From NCBI GenBank assembly GCA_965217185.1, contig OZ244252.1, forward strand, positions 768,001 to 832,000: DNA of 64,000 bases. Direction: 5' to 3'. The position numbers and the translations under genes are program-made. Below the pieces are notes generated by a model that saw only the letters and a list, made by a program, of their open reading frames with translations, searched no databases and had not been told where the DNA came from. This DNA comes from an uncultured Candidatus Entotheonella sp. (GTDB lineage: Bacteria > Tectomicrobia > Entotheonellia > Entotheonellales > Entotheonellaceae). The stretch's first letter is position 1. Each line of letters opens with the position of its first letter. Below, in pieces: positions 10,412 to 21,598 of this stretch.

Positions 10412-11065
10412 ATGGCCCAGCGCGACATCTCCGGCGTGTCTCACTTGCCGTTCGAACAGGAGGCACGTCAGGCAGGGTATCGCACCATCGCCGGCATTGA
10501 TGAAGCGGGGCGTGGACCGTTGGCGGGTCCGGTGGTTGCCGCTGCCGTGTGTCTTCCTCCCACGTATGACATCCCAGGGTTGCAGGACTCGAAGCGTTTG
10601 ACGGAGCACCAGCGAGAGTCAGTTTACCGCCTTATCTTGCATGAAGCGTCGGCGTATGGTGTCGGTGTGGTATCGCACCGGCTGATTGACCGACATCACA
10701 TTTTATGGGCGACAAAGGAAGCCATGTTGCAGGCGGTGAGGCAACTTTCGGGTGTTCCCGACCTGTTGCTGATTGACGGTCCGATAGCGCTGCCGGCCGC
10801 CGCCATCGATCAACGCCCTATCGTGCGCGGCGATGCCTCCTGCGCCTCCATTGCCGCCGCATCCGTGATCGCCAAGGTGACGCGTGACCGCATGATGGTA
10901 GCTTATGGCAAGCGTTATCCGGCTTACGGTTTCGCGCGGCATAAAGGCTATCCCACCCGTGACCATTACGCGCGCCTGCGCGCCCATGGCCCCTGTGCCA
11001 TTCATCGGCTCAGTTTTCGCGGCGTGCTCGATCCGACACCAGCTTCCGGCAAGGCCGATTCATGA
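10412..11065 (+). CDS. rnhB: ribonuclease HII
   Basis: GIDEAGRGPLAGPV, DSKRL, IAAASVIAKVTRD, HKGYPT. Confidence 0.97.
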   Translation: MAQRDISGVSHLPFEQEARQAGYRTIAGIDEAGRGPLAGPVVAAAVCLPPTYDIPGLQDSKRLTEHQRESVYRLILHEASAYGVGVVSHRLIDRHHILWATKEAMLQAVRQLSGVPDLLLIDGPIALPAAAIDQRPIVRGDASCASIAAASVIAKVTRDRMMVAYGKRYPAYGFARHKGYPTRDHYARLRAHGPCAIHRLSFRGVLDPTPASGKADS

Positions 11066-11445
11066 CCAAGTGGCGCCTGAGACGTGGTGCGCAGGGCGAG
11101 CAGATAGCCGCCGATTATCTGAAACGTCTTGGCTATCGCATCCAGCAACGAAATTACCGTTGCAAGCAGGGCGAGATCGATATCATTGCCTGGGACGGTG
11201 CGGTGCTGATCTTCGTTGAAGTCAAGACCAAGAGTCGAACGGACTTCGGTGCGCCGCAAGCGATGGTCACCAGGCAAAAGCAGGCGAAGATCGTGCACGT
11301 TGCGATGGCCTACGTCCAGGAACACCAGGTACGAGATACCGCACTGCGGTTTGACGTGGTGGCTGTCACCTGCCTGCCGGACACGACACCAGAGGTGGTG
11401 CACGTGCCGGCGGCGTTCGATGCTTCCCCGCAGTTTCTCTATTGA
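11062..11445 (+). CDS. yraN: YraN family endonuclease-like protein
   Basis: GEQIA, GEIDII, FVEVK, RFDVV. Confidence 0.92.
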   Translation: MTKWRLRRGAQGEQIAADYLKRLGYRIQQRNYRCKQGEIDIIAWDGAVLIFVEVKTKSRTDFGAPQAMVTRQKQAKIVHVAMAYVQEHQVRDTALRFDVVAVTCLPDTTPEVVHVPAAFDASPQFLY

Positions 11446-11473
11446 TTGGGGGTCGCCGGGGCTCGGTGTTGTC

Positions 11474-11502
11474 TTGACAAAGGTTGCCCGGCTATCTATC
11501 TT
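11474..11502 (+). promoter_or_regulatory. putative sigma70 promoter for rplM-rpsI
   Basis: TTGACA-17 nt-TATCTT. Confidence 0.6.
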
Positions 11503-11556
11503 GGTGCCTCGCGTTTTGCAAGGCATAGCCATATTTCACGGTACGGAGTTGCAATC

Positions 11557-11988
11557 ATGCGGACAGTCTCCATTCGTAAGGAAGACGTCACTCATAGTTG
11601 GTACGTTGTTGACGCAAAGAACAAAGTCTTGGGCCGGCTCGCCTGTGAGGTGGCGAAGATTCTTCGTGGCAAGCATAAACCGATCTATACGCCCCACGTT
11701 GATACAGGCGATTACGTCGTTGTTGTGAATGCCGACAAGGTTGTCTTGACGGGCAAGAAATGGGCGCAGAAGCTCTATCGCTGGCATACCGGATACCCCG
11801 GGGGCTTTCGGGAAGTGACCGCCGAGAAGATGCATCAGCGCAAGCCCAAGCGGCTCGTTGAGTTGGCGGTGCGGGGCATGCTCCCGAAAAACAAACTGGG
11901 GCGGGCCATGTATCGCAAGCTGAAGGTGTATACCACACCCACGCATCCGCACGCGGGCCAGCAGCCGCAGCCCTTGGACATTAGTTGA
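11557..11988 (+). CDS. rplM: 50S ribosomal protein L13
   Basis: [32 protein letters not shown]. Confidence 0.98.
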   Translation: MRTVSIRKEDVTHSWYVVDAKNKVLGRLACEVAKILRGKHKPIYTPHVDTGDYVVVVNADKVVLTGKKWAQKLYRWHTGYPGGFREVTAEKMHQRKPKRLVELAVRGMLPKNKLGRAMYRKLKVYTTPTHPHAGQQPQPLDIS

Positions 11989-12052
11989 GTTTTGTCTGCC
12001 AGGCGGATCGCGCTTGGTAGTCCATTGGATGCCACACGGTTTTGGAGAGGGT

Positions 12053-12448
12053 ATGGCAGAACAGTTTCGCTACTACGACACGGGCAAACGCAAATCCGCG
12101 ATTGCCCGTGTATGGCTTATGGCCGGCGAAGGCAAGATTTCCGTCAATCGCCGCTCATTCGAGGATTACTTCCCGCTTGAAACCCACAAGACGCTCATTG
12201 AGTCTCCCCTCAAAATCACTAACACCCTGGGTCAGTACGACGCCTACATTACCGTGCGCGGCGGCGGTGTGTCCGGGCAGGCTAGTGCAATCCGGCACGG
12301 TATTGCCAAGAGCCTGCTGCATCTGGATGCGACATTTCGGCCGATACTGAAGCAGGCGGGTTTTCTGACGCGTGATTCACGCATCAAGGAACGGAAAAAA
12401 TATGGGCAGAAGAAAGCGCGGAAGCGTTTTCAATACTCCAAACGCTAA
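12053..12448 (+). CDS. rpsI: 30S ribosomal protein S9
   Basis: TGKRKSAIARV, GGGVSGQA, ERKKYG..QYSKR. Confidence 0.98.
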   Translation: MAEQFRYYDTGKRKSAIARVWLMAGEGKISVNRRSFEDYFPLETHKTLIESPLKITNTLGQYDAYITVRGGGVSGQASAIRHGIAKSLLHLDATFRPILKQAGFLTRDSRIKERKKYGQKKARKRFQYSKR

Positions 12449-12530
12449 GGCAACGAACGCTGCACCGGCTGCCACGGCAGCGTTCCACAGTTGACCCGTG
12501 CTGGGCCAAGCACAGGAGGAGGTAAACCTT

Positions 12531-13400
12531 TTGGCAATGCTTACCATCCGACAATTATTAGAGTCCGGGGCGCACTTCGGGCACCAGACAAATCGCTGGA
12601 ACCCGAAAATGAAGCGGTATATTTTCGGGTCGCGGAACGGTATCTATGTCGTTGATCTACAACAGACATTAGAACGTTTTCGTGAGGCATACGACTTTGT
12701 TCGCCGCACAACATCGCGCGGAGCCCGCATCCTGTTCGTCGGCACGAAGAGGCAGGCGCAGGACATCGTGGGCAGTGAGGCGGCGCGCGCTCAGCAGCAT
12801 TATGTGAATCAACGTTGGCTGGGCGGCATGCTGACGAATTTTTCGACGATTAAGAACAGCCTCGGGCGACTCAAAGAGTTTGAGCACATGCAGGAAATGG
12901 GCATGTGGGAGAGCCTGCCCAAGAAAGAAGTCTTGCAGTTGCAAAAGAAGGCCGACAAGCTTGAGAAATTGCTGGGCGGCATCAAGTCGATGGAAGCACT
13001 GCCGGGCGCTCTCTTCGTTATTGATTGTAAGAAAGAAAAGATCGCCATTAGTGAAGCCAAGAAGCTCGGTATTCCGACGGTTGCGATCGTGGATACCAAT
13101 TGTGACCCGGATGACATCGACTACGTCATTCCAGGCAATGACGATGCGATCCGCGCCATTCGACTGATGACCTCGCAAATTGCGCAGGCCGCCATTGAGG
13201 GGATACATGAGCGTCAGGCCGCTTCGCTGGAAGAGGAAAGCGCCGTCTCGACGTCGTCGCAGGAGGAAATGAGCGCCGTGGACGGTCAGGCTGAGGCTGG
13301 AGATGCCGCCCAGCCCGATGCGGCTGTCGAACCCGCGGTTGCCGTCACGGCCTCGAATGAGGTTGACCCGCCCGCAGAATTGCCTGCCGAAGATAAGTAA
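12531..13400 (+). CDS. rpsB: 30S ribosomal protein S2 with acidic tail
   Basis: [34 protein letters not shown] 12531 after GGAGG (ATG 12537 is the alternative start). Confidence 0.97.
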   Translation: MAMLTIRQLLESGAHFGHQTNRWNPKMKRYIFGSRNGIYVVDLQQTLERFREAYDFVRRTTSRGARILFVGTKRQAQDIVGSEAARAQQHYVNQRWLGGMLTNFSTIKNSLGRLKEFEHMQEMGMWESLPKKEVLQLQKKADKLEKLLGGIKSMEALPGALFVIDCKKEKIAISEAKKLGIPTVAIVDTNCDPDDIDYVIPGNDDAIRAIRLMTSQIAQAAIEGIHERQAASLEEESAVSTSSQEEMSAVDGQAEAGDAAQPDAAVEPAVAVTASNEVDPPAELPAEDK

Positions 13401-13426
13401 GCCCAGGGAAAGAAGAAGGAAGGATT

Positions 13427-14026
13427 ATGTCGATTACCACAACGATGGTGAAGGAGTTGCGGGAGAAAACCGGTGTCGGAATCATGGACTGCAAGGAGGC
13501 GCTTGCGGCCACCAATGGTTCCATTGAGGAGGCACAGGATTACCTTCGCAAGAAAGGCTTGCAGGCTGCAGCAAAGCGGGCTGAACGCAGCACTCGCGAG
13601 GGCTCGGTGGGCTCCTACATTCATGGTGGCGGACGTCTCGGCGTGATGATCGAGGTCAACTGTGAGACCGATTTCGTCGCCAGAACCGATGACTTCCAGG
13701 AACTGGTGCACGATCTTGCCATGCAGGTGGCCGCCAGCAATCCTCTCTATCCCACGCGTGACGGTGTGCCGGAAGAGGTCGTGATCAAGGAACGCCAGAT
13801 CCTTGAGGAGCAAGCGCAAGCTTCAGGTCGGCCAGCCCAGGCCATCGCCAAGATGGTTGAAGGACGCCTCAACAAATACTTCCAGGAAGTTTGCCTACTG
13901 GATCAGCCGTTCGTGAAAGACCCCAGCATGAGCGTGGGCGACATCATCACCGCCAAGATCGCCAAAACCGGCGAGAATATCACCGTCAGCCGTTTTGTGC
14001 GCTTCCAACTCGGAGAAGCGTTGTAG
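13427..14026 (+). CDS. tsf: elongation factor Ts (short form)
   Basis: VKELREKTG..MDCK, EVNCETDFVA. Confidence 0.97.
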   Translation: MSITTTMVKELREKTGVGIMDCKEALAATNGSIEEAQDYLRKKGLQAAAKRAERSTREGSVGSYIHGGGRLGVMIEVNCETDFVARTDDFQELVHDLAMQVAASNPLYPTRDGVPEEVVIKERQILEEQAQASGRPAQAIAKMVEGRLNKYFQEVCLLDQPFVKDPSMSVGDIITAKIAKTGENITVSRFVRFQLGEAL

Positions 14027-14062
14027 GCCGCGGCCTTTGGTCTGGGCCACTCTCGTGCGTAA

Positions 14063-14796
<734 letters not shown>

Positions 14797-14797
<1 letters not shown>

Positions 14798-15354
14798 TGC
14801 TGGATGACGTCTACCACGAAGTGGATCACAAAATGGAGCGGTCGTTAGCCGCCCTCCGCAAAGAACTGTCCCGAATTCGTACCGGGCGTGCCACGTTGGC
14901 GCTTTTGGAGGGGATCGATGTGGATTACTACGGCACCACCACGCCTTTGAATCAGATGGCCACCCTGGCGGCTCCTGAAAGCCGTTTGCTGACCATTCAG
15001 CCGTGGGACAAATCGCAGGTCGGGCTCATTGAAAAAGCCATTCAGCGCTCCGATTTGGGGTTGACGCCCATGAACGACGGCATGATCATCCGACTGGCGA
15101 TCCCGCCGCTGACCACTGAGCGCCGCAAGGACTTGGTCAAGAAGGTCAAGAAGATTGGTGAAGACGTGAAAGTCGCCCTGCGCAATGTTCGCCGCGAGGG
15201 CAACGAAACACTCAAGGACCTGGAAAAGACCAAGGACATCTCCCAGGATGATTTGCGCCGTGGACAGGAGCAAGTCCAGAAGATTACCGATCGTTTCATT
15301 TCTCAGGTCGATGATGTTTTGAACGCCAAGGAACACGAGATTCTGGAGGTTTAG
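14797..15354 (+). CDS. frr: ribosome recycling factor
   Basis: IRTGRA, YYG, PPLTTERRK. Confidence 0.97.
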
Positions 15355-15490
15355 CAGGAATGCCCGTCGTCGTTTAATGAGAAATGCTCAGGTGTGACTC
15401 CGCGCTGCTCAGTTGTCCCGATTCCGAGTTCAACATGTTGCTCCTGATAACTGAGAGCGTTTCCGTGCTGTTTATCGGTTTGGACGGCTC

Positions 15491-16306
15491 ATGGAACAAT
15501 TGCGGCGTGTGATCAGTGCTTTGGTACTTCTTCCCCCCTTCATTCTTATCCTTCTGTACGCCCCTGCCGAACTGTTTTCCCTTCTCGTTTTGGCCGTCAG
15601 CATCCTGGCGTTACACGAATACAGCGCCCTGTTGAGACAGATAAACTTGCCCATCGGCAGCGGGGCTTGTTACGTCGCGGCCTTTGCCCTGACGGTGGCG
15701 GCCTATCTGGGCGGCTGGCCTTGGCTTTCGCCGGCGCTGTTCCTCAGCCTGTTGCTGCTCACCCTGACCGCTATTACCTCTTCGCAGGGCGTGTCCGGCA
15801 AATTTTCCATGGTGTTGCACGGCGCTTTCGGCGTCCTTGGCATTGCCTGGTGCCTCAGCCACTTTATCGTTCTACGCAGTATGCAGGCGGGGCAATGGTA
15901 CCTGCTTTTCATGTGCATTACGGTGTGGGTCAGCGACTCCATGGCCATGTATACTGGGAAGTTGCTGGGACGGCACCGACTGGTCGGATCGCTAAGCCCC
16001 GGTAAAACTTGGGAAGGCGCCGTAGGGGGGACGATGAGCGGCGTGATAACCGCCGGGGCGACGGCGCCGTTTTTGGTGCCTCAATTGTTGCTGTGGCAAG
16101 GCGTGCTGCTCGGCTGCCTGATAACGCTTGCGGCTCAGATCAGTGATCTGGGAGAATCAATGCTCAAACGCTACACCGGTGCAAAAGACTCCAGCGGGCT
16201 CATTCCCGGCCACGGGGGTGGTCTGGACCGTATCGATAGCATGCTGTTCGCTACCCCGACGTTGTGCTACGCTCTTGAACTGCTGGGCAAGGCGTCTGCT
16301 GCCTGA
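15491..16306 (+). CDS. cdsA: phosphatidate cytidylyltransferase
   Basis: multi-TM protein; SPGKTWEG, DLGESMLKR..KDS..IPGHGG.LDR.DS. Confidence 0.95.
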   Translation: MEQLRRVISALVLLPPFILILLYAPAELFSLLVLAVSILALHEYSALLRQINLPIGSGACYVAAFALTVAAYLGGWPWLSPALFLSLLLLTLTAITSSQGVSGKFSMVLHGAFGVLGIAWCLSHFIVLRSMQAGQWYLLFMCITVWVSDSMAMYTGKLLGRHRLVGSLSPGKTWEGAVGGTMSGVITAGATAPFLVPQLLLWQGVLLGCLITLAAQISDLGESMLKRYTGAKDSSGLIPGHGGGLDRIDSMLFATPTLCYALELLGKASAA

Positions 16307-16342
16307 GGAAGTGCCTTTCAGAGGGATTAGGGAGGCGTTTGT

Positions 16343-17530
16343 ATGGACACCCGAAAAGGTATCGCCGTGCTCGGTTCAACGGGTTCAATCGGCGTCAACA
16401 CCTTGAGCGTGATCGCTTCTCATCCTGACCAATTTGCCGTGCTGGCGCTCGCAGCCCATTCGAACGTGGACCAGCTTGAAGAGCAGGTACGCCGCTTCCG
16501 CCCGCGGCTGGCCGTGCTGTTCGACGAGGAAAAAGCCAACCATCTGCGTGACCGTCTGGGGAATCTGGATATCGAGGTGGATTCAGGCTTGGACGGACTA
16601 TGCCGCGCTGCCGTGTATCCCGATGTTGACTTGGTGATGTCGGCTGTGGTCGGTTCTATCGGATTGTGGCCGACTCTGCGTGCTGTCCAGGCCGGGTTGG
16701 ACGTGGCGTTGGCGAACAAGGAATCCCTGGTCATGGCGGGGGAACTGATCATCCGTCCTGATAGGCCGGAGTGGGGGAGAATTATCCCTGTTGATAGTGA
16801 GCCCAATGCTATTTTTCAGGTCCTGCAAGATCAGCAGCGATCGGCGTTGCGCCGTATCTTGCTGACGGCCTCCGGCGGGCCGTTTCGCGACTGGTCGCTA
16901 GAGGACATGCGATCCGCCAGCGTCGTCGAGGCGCTCAAGCACCCGAACTGGAAAATGGGGCCGAAAATCACCGTCGACTCCGCTACGATGATGAACAAGG
17001 GCCTTGAACTGATTGAGGCGCACCGACTTTTTGACGTGCCTGTCGAGAATCTCCAGATCGTCGTGCACCCCGAAAGCATTGTTCATTCCATGGTTGAATT
17101 TCACGACGGTTCCGTGCTTGCTCAACTTGGCATTCCTGACATGCGGGTGCCGATCTCCTATGCGCTGGCTTACCCGCAGCGACTGCCGAACTCGCTGCCG
17201 TCGCTCGATCTGTTTTCCGTGCGAGCCCTACATTTCCATTCTCCCGACCACAAACGTTTTCCCTGCCTGCGGTTGGCCGTTGAAGCGGCACGTTGCGGGG
17301 GTACCATGCCAGCTGTTCTGAACGCCGCCAACGAGGTCGCCGTGCAAGCTTTCCTCGAAGGGTCGATCAATTTCCTGGCGATTCCGAAAGTGATTGAGAC
17401 CACCATGGCACGGCACGTGGCCATTCCTCTTGACGACATATCAGTCGCGTTGGAGGCGGATCGCTGGGCGCGCGAATACGCCGCGACGACGGTGAAAGCG
17501 TGTGGGGGTGTATTCAGGGATGTTGTGTGA
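16343..17530 (+). CDS. dxr: 1-deoxy-D-xylulose 5-phosphate reductoisomerase
   Basis: LGSTGSIG, LANKES, PVDSE, HPNWKMGPKITVDSA, NKGLE. Confidence 0.97.
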   Translation: MDTRKGIAVLGSTGSIGVNTLSVIASHPDQFAVLALAAHSNVDQLEEQVRRFRPRLAVLFDEEKANHLRDRLGNLDIEVDSGLDGLCRAAVYPDVDLVMSAVVGSIGLWPTLRAVQAGLDVALANKESLVMAGELIIRPDRPEWGRIIPVDSEPNAIFQVLQDQQRSALRRILLTASGGPFRDWSLEDMRSASVVEALKHPNWKMGPKITVDSATMMNKGLELIEAHRLFDVPVENLQIVVHPESIVHSMVEFHDGSVLAQLGIPDMRVPISYALAYPQRLPNSLPSLDLFSVRALHFHSPDHKRFPCLRLAVEAARCGGTMPAVLNAANEVAVQAFLEGSINFLAIPKVIETTMARHVAIPLDDISVALEADRWAREYAATTVKACGGVFRDVV

Positions 17531-17595
17531 CCTGTCCCGACACCGGAATGTAGCTCTGGTTTTACCGCACGGCATTGGGCATTCGAGGTGCATCC

Positions 17596-18189
17596 ATGTC
17601 CGGTGAGAAGGTGCGGGCCTTTATTGCCATCAGGCCGGCCGCAGACTTGCATCGGGCATGCGCCGGTGTGGCCGCAGCCGGCCGCGGACCGCTCATGCGC
17701 TGGGTGCGCCCCGAATCCGTCCACCTGACGCTCAAATTTCTGGGGGACGTGCCGGTGGATGCCATCCCGGCGATTCATCAAGCGTTGCGACAGGCGGCGG
17801 AAGGCTTGGCAACCTTTAGCGTCGCGGTGCGAGGGCTTGGCTGCTTTCCCAATGCAATCCGTCCACGGGTCTTATGGATGGGATTTGACGATCCGCGGCG
17901 TGAATTGCTACAACTGCAACGTAACATCGAATCGACATTGGCAGCGCTGGAAGTGTCGGCGGAGGAGCGGCCATTCCGACCACATTTGACCTTGGCTCGT
18001 ACTCGCGGAACCCGGGTCGGCGAGGAACTTAACGCGTTGTTGAGCGAGTACAAGAATCACCTTTTCGGCTATCTCGTCGTTTCCCAAATCCACCTCATGC
18101 GGAGTGACCTATATGAAAAAGGAGCGGTGCACACCCGCCTTTGTTCGGCTGCCCTGCAAGGCTCCAACACCAACTGTGCTATTGCGTAA
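17596..18189 (+). CDS. thpR: RNA 2',3'-cyclic phosphodiesterase (2H family)
   Basis: RAFIAI and the two 2H motifs HLTLKFLG and PHLTLAR. Confidence 0.9.
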   Translation: MSGEKVRAFIAIRPAADLHRACAGVAAAGRGPLMRWVRPESVHLTLKFLGDVPVDAIPAIHQALRQAAEGLATFSVAVRGLGCFPNAIRPRVLWMGFDDPRRELLQLQRNIESTLAALEVSAEERPFRPHLTLARTRGTRVGEELNALLSEYKNHLFGYLVVSQIHLMRSDLYEKGAVHTRLCSAALQGSNTNCAIA

Positions 18190-18213
18190 AGCCATCGGAA
18201 AGGAGAGGTAACG

Positions 18214-18648
18214 ATGTTGAAACAAATTCGTGCAACTCGTGAACACGGCTTTACCCTCATCGAACTGATGATCGTGGTTGCCATTATTGGCATTCTGGCG
18301 GCCATTGCGGTACCGAATTTCACCGCTTACCGCAATCGCAGCCGCGTTGCTGCGGCCGTGGCTACTGCCGAAAGCATTCGTTCTGCACTGGCGGGCTATG
18401 CTGCCGAACAAGTCAGCAGTCTCTATCCCCTCAGTGATGACATTGAGGACTATGACGGTGCGGTCAATCTACTTAATCCGCAAGGGGCAGCCTTGCCTGC
18501 CGACCCTGCCAAGGTTTCCATCGACTCCCTGTCCTATGATTCCGAGGACGGTGAAACCTACACCCTCAACATTGTTGTTAATGTGCCCGATGGCGTCACG
18601 GGAAAGCAGCTTACCGTCACGCCCGGGGGGATCGAGAGAGGAACGTAA
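18214..18648 (+). CDS. pilA: type IVa pilin
   Basis: short leader, G|FTLIELMIVVAIIGILAAIA prepilin motif; strong RBS; next to pilD. Confidence 0.88.
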   Translation: MLKQIRATREHGFTLIELMIVVAIIGILAAIAVPNFTAYRNRSRVAAAVATAESIRSALAGYAAEQVSSLYPLSDDIEDYDGAVNLLNPQGAALPADPAKVSIDSLSYDSEDGETYTLNIVVNVPDGVTGKQLTVTPGGIERGT

Positions 18649-18660
18649 CTTCTCAGAGCC

Positions 18661-19425
18661 ATGCCCACCGCCCTTGGCTACGTCGTTGCCTTTGTCCTGG
18701 GAAGCATTGCCGCCAGCTTCGCCAACGTTTGCATTTACCGCCTTCCGTTAAGACAGTCCATCGTATCCCCAGCCTCACGGTGCACATCCTGCCAGCGTTC
18801 TCTGCGCCCTTGGCACAACCTGCCGATTGCCAGTTTCGTCGCCCTGAGGGGCCGTTGCGCTTTCTGCCAGGCTCGCATTTCCTGGCGTTACCTGGTCGTG
18901 GAAAGCCTTGGCGGTCTGCTGTATCTGCTGGGGTACCACCAACTCGGGCTTTCATTGCCCGCAGTTGCCTACGCCCTGCTGGTGACGGCGTTGCTGATCG
19001 TGTCTTTCATCGACTTCGCTCACATGATCATTCCCGATGCGGTGACGTTGCCGGGCATCGTTGTCGGCGCCTTTATCGGCTTGCTTCCCTCGTCAATCGG
19101 ATTTGCCAATGCCGTTGCCGGCGCCTGTCTGGGCGGGGGAATTTTCTTGCTCATCGCCTTGGTATATCCTGCCGGCATGGGCGGCGGCGACGTGAAACTT
19201 ATCGCCATGATCGGGGCGTTTGTCGGCTGGCAAGCGGTGCTCGTAACCATCATTTTGAGCGCTTTTTGCGGGGCGGCAAGTGGGTTGACGCTGATCCTGT
19301 TGGGAATCAAGGAGCGGCGAGATCCCGTGCCATTCGGCCCGTTTCTCGCCATCGGAGGCACCACGGCCATGCTGTGGGGGGAGGTATTGTTGGCGTGGTA
19401 TGGCCGCTGGACGTTGTCGTTCTGA
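18661..19425 (+). CDS. pilD: prepilin peptidase
   Basis: two CxxC pairs, FID, GMGGGDVKL, PFGPFL. Confidence 0.95.
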   Translation: MPTALGYVVAFVLGSIAASFANVCIYRLPLRQSIVSPASRCTSCQRSLRPWHNLPIASFVALRGRCAFCQARISWRYLVVESLGGLLYLLGYHQLGLSLPAVAYALLVTALLIVSFIDFAHMIIPDAVTLPGIVVGAFIGLLPSSIGFANAVAGACLGGGIFLLIALVYPAGMGGGDVKLIAMIGAFVGWQAVLVTIILSAFCGAASGLTLILLGIKERRDPVPFGPFLAIGGTTAMLWGEVLLAWYGRWTLSF

Positions 19426-19485
19426 TGACGCCAGGGGAGGGGGCTGATCCTCCAGACTATTTCTCCGAACAGGGAGGCAAACAAG

Positions 19486-19683
19486 ATGGCTGAGCACGTC
19501 CATCCGGAAGTACTGGTGAGCACCGAATAGGTTGCCGCTCACCTCAACGACCCATCCGTGCGGATTGTCGAATCGGATGAGGACATCCTGCTCTACGAAA
19601 TCGGACACATACCCGGTGCCATAAAGGTAGACTGGCAAAACGAGTTGCAAGGCCAGGTGGTGGTGCGCGACTACGTCAATCAA
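19486..19683 (+). pseudogene. truncated 5' copy of the sulfurtransferase at 21599
   Basis: [37 protein letters not shown] matches the 21599 gene; TGG>TAG at 19528-19530; similarity ends after about 66 codons. Confidence 0.88.
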
Positions 19684-19869
19684 TGGGCGGAGATGTGGTA
19701 TCATGACTTCAAACTGTTGGGAAGGGTTTTGTGGGTCATGTGGGACAGGTTGCGTGGCTTTCCACGTGAGACAAAACGCTTTAACTCAATACGTAGATCC
19801 AACGGGTTGAGGTCATCTATATTATCCATGGCGAGTCGTTACGGCAAAAACTTTCCGGAGGACCGTCTG

Positions 19870-21420
19870 ATGAAGTACGATCACATTGTGTTAGGAGCGG
19901 GATCAGCCGGCGCCATCGTTGCAACGCGCCTCAGTGAGGACCCCCAGCGGTCGGTTTTGCTGCTCGAAGCTGGGCCCGATTATCCCGACTTTGAACGCTT
20001 GCCGGATGAGGTCAAGTTTGGCTTCGCTACCGCCACAGACATCATGGTAAGCGATCACAACTGGCAGTTTGTTGGCAAGGCGACGGACATGTCAGAGGAG
20101 ATGTTGGTGCCGCGGGGTAAAGTTACGGGTGGTTCGAGCGCGATCAACGGCCAGGTTTTTCTCCGTGGCGTTCCTGAGGATTACGACACCTGGGCTGCCA
20201 TGGGCAATGACCTGTGGCGTTTTCAGAACCTGTTGCAGTATTTCCGTACCATCGAGACTGACATGGATTTCGGCGGGGATGACTTCCATGGCTCTGATGG
20301 ACCGATCATGGCGCGGCGCTTTCAGCCGGACGAGTGGCTGACAGACCAGAGAGCATTCTACAATGCGTGCAGAGCCTCAGGATTCCCGGACAGTCCGGAC
20401 CACAACGATCCCGATGCCACCGGCGTCGGCCCGGTGCCTTGCAACAACCCCAATGGGATTCGTTGGAGCACCGCCCTAGGCTACCTCAATATGGGCCGAC
20501 ATCGGTTGAATCTGACCATCAGGCCCAATTGCACGGTGCACCGCATCATCTTTGATGGCAAGAAGGCCGTTGCGGTGGAAGTGGAGAGTGGCGGACAGAC
20601 GTTTGTCGTCGAGGGAGAAGAAATTATTCTCAGTTCCGGTGCCATCGGATCACCTCATATCCTGTTGCTGTCCGGGGTAGGTCCAGCAGACCAATTGCGC
20701 GACTTGGGTATCCCAATAGTGCAACCTCTGCCTGGCGTCGGCCAGAATTTACGCGATCACCCCATCATCTACGTCACCTGGCGTACCAAGGCGTCGCACC
20801 CCCTGGATGGATTTGCCCCCAGAATCCAGATGGCGCTGCGGTGGACGGCGGAAGGCTCCGACCTGCGCAACGACCTGATGATCTTTATGCAGTCATTTGC
20901 CACCCAGCGGGTCAACCGCGGCGGCGGGCGTATGCTGCCCTTGGGTATTCGGATGCTGGGTGTCCTCGACTTGGCCATGAGTTCGGGAGAATTGCGCCTC
21001 CAATCCGCCGATCCCAGCGTTCAGCCATCCTTGGACTACCGCTATCTCGAGGACGAGTTCGACCGGCGACGCATGCGCGAAATGGTTCGGCGAGCGGCGA
21101 AGCTCGCCGAGCACGAGGCGTTTCAGGACATCATTGCCGAACGTATCGAGCCCACGGATGCTGAGCTCGCGACTGACGAGACCCTGGATGCCTATCTGCT
21201 GCGGGAGGTCACCACAGGTCAGCACATCTCCGGGACCTGTAAGATGGGGCCGGCGTCAGACCCCATGGCCGTGGTGGATCAATATGGCAAGGTGCACGGG
21301 CTCGAAAACCTCAGAGTCGTTGACGCCTCCATCATGCCCGACTGTATCCGGGCCAACACCAATGTGACCACCATGATGATCGGAGAGCGTATAGCCGACT
21401 TCATTCGTCAAGAGCCATAA
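19870..21420 (+). CDS. GMC-family (choline dehydrogenase-like) FAD oxidoreductase
   Basis: [42 protein letters not shown] before ATG 19870. Confidence 0.92.
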   Translation: MKYDHIVLGAGSAGAIVATRLSEDPQRSVLLLEAGPDYPDFERLPDEVKFGFATATDIMVSDHNWQFVGKATDMSEEMLVPRGKVTGGSSAINGQVFLRGVPEDYDTWAAMGNDLWRFQNLLQYFRTIETDMDFGGDDFHGSDGPIMARRFQPDEWLTDQRAFYNACRASGFPDSPDHNDPDATGVGPVPCNNPNGIRWSTALGYLNMGRHRLNLTIRPNCTVHRIIFDGKKAVAVEVESGGQTFVVEGEEIILSSGAIGSPHILLLSGVGPADQLRDLGIPIVQPLPGVGQNLRDHPIIYVTWRTKASHPLDGFAPRIQMALRWTAEGSDLRNDLMIFMQSFATQRVNRGGGRMLPLGIRMLGVLDLAMSSGELRLQSADPSVQPSLDYRYLEDEFDRRRMREMVRRAAKLAEHEAFQDIIAERIEPTDAELATDETLDAYLLREVTTGQHISGTCKMGPASDPMAVVDQYGKVHGLENLRVVDASIMPDCIRANTNVTTMMIGERIADFIRQEP

Positions 21421-21521
21421 AAAGCGCCAGACCCATAGGCCCATTGCCTGCCGTTGATTGTCCGTTTCAAGATGGTTTTCGGGTTCTGGCCGTTACGCTG
21501 ATGCGGTCCTGACGAATAGCT

Positions 21522-21543
21522 TAGGGTAGGGTAGGGTAGGTAG
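21522..21543. repeat. (TAGGG)3-TAGG-TAG microsatellite
   Basis: seen directly upstream of the sulfurtransferase. Confidence 0.8.
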
Positions 21544-21598
21544 CGGAGGAAGCGGTTTGATCCTCCTGACCATTTCTTTGAGCGTGGAGGCATCTCTT

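Noticed and set aside
15452..15490. Remnant of the uppS C-terminus (..YRFG) before cdsA
   Set aside because: The match is too short to distinguish from chance
18214..18648. Conductive e-pilin
   Set aside because: Only 8 aromatic residues in 132 mature residues by my count, which is low; no supporting genes in the window
19558..21420. 620 aa rhodanese-GMC fusion suggested by the ORF track
   Set aside because: The N-terminal part is the post-nonsense remnant of a sulfurtransferase pseudogene plus non-coding-looking spacer; the GMC gene has its own RBS and ATG at 19870
21421..21520. Known riboswitch or hammerhead ribozyme upstream of the sulfurtransferase
   Set aside because: A GCCAGACCC/GGGTTCTGGC stem and CTGATG are present, but SAM, TPP and hammerhead core consensus sequences are not matched
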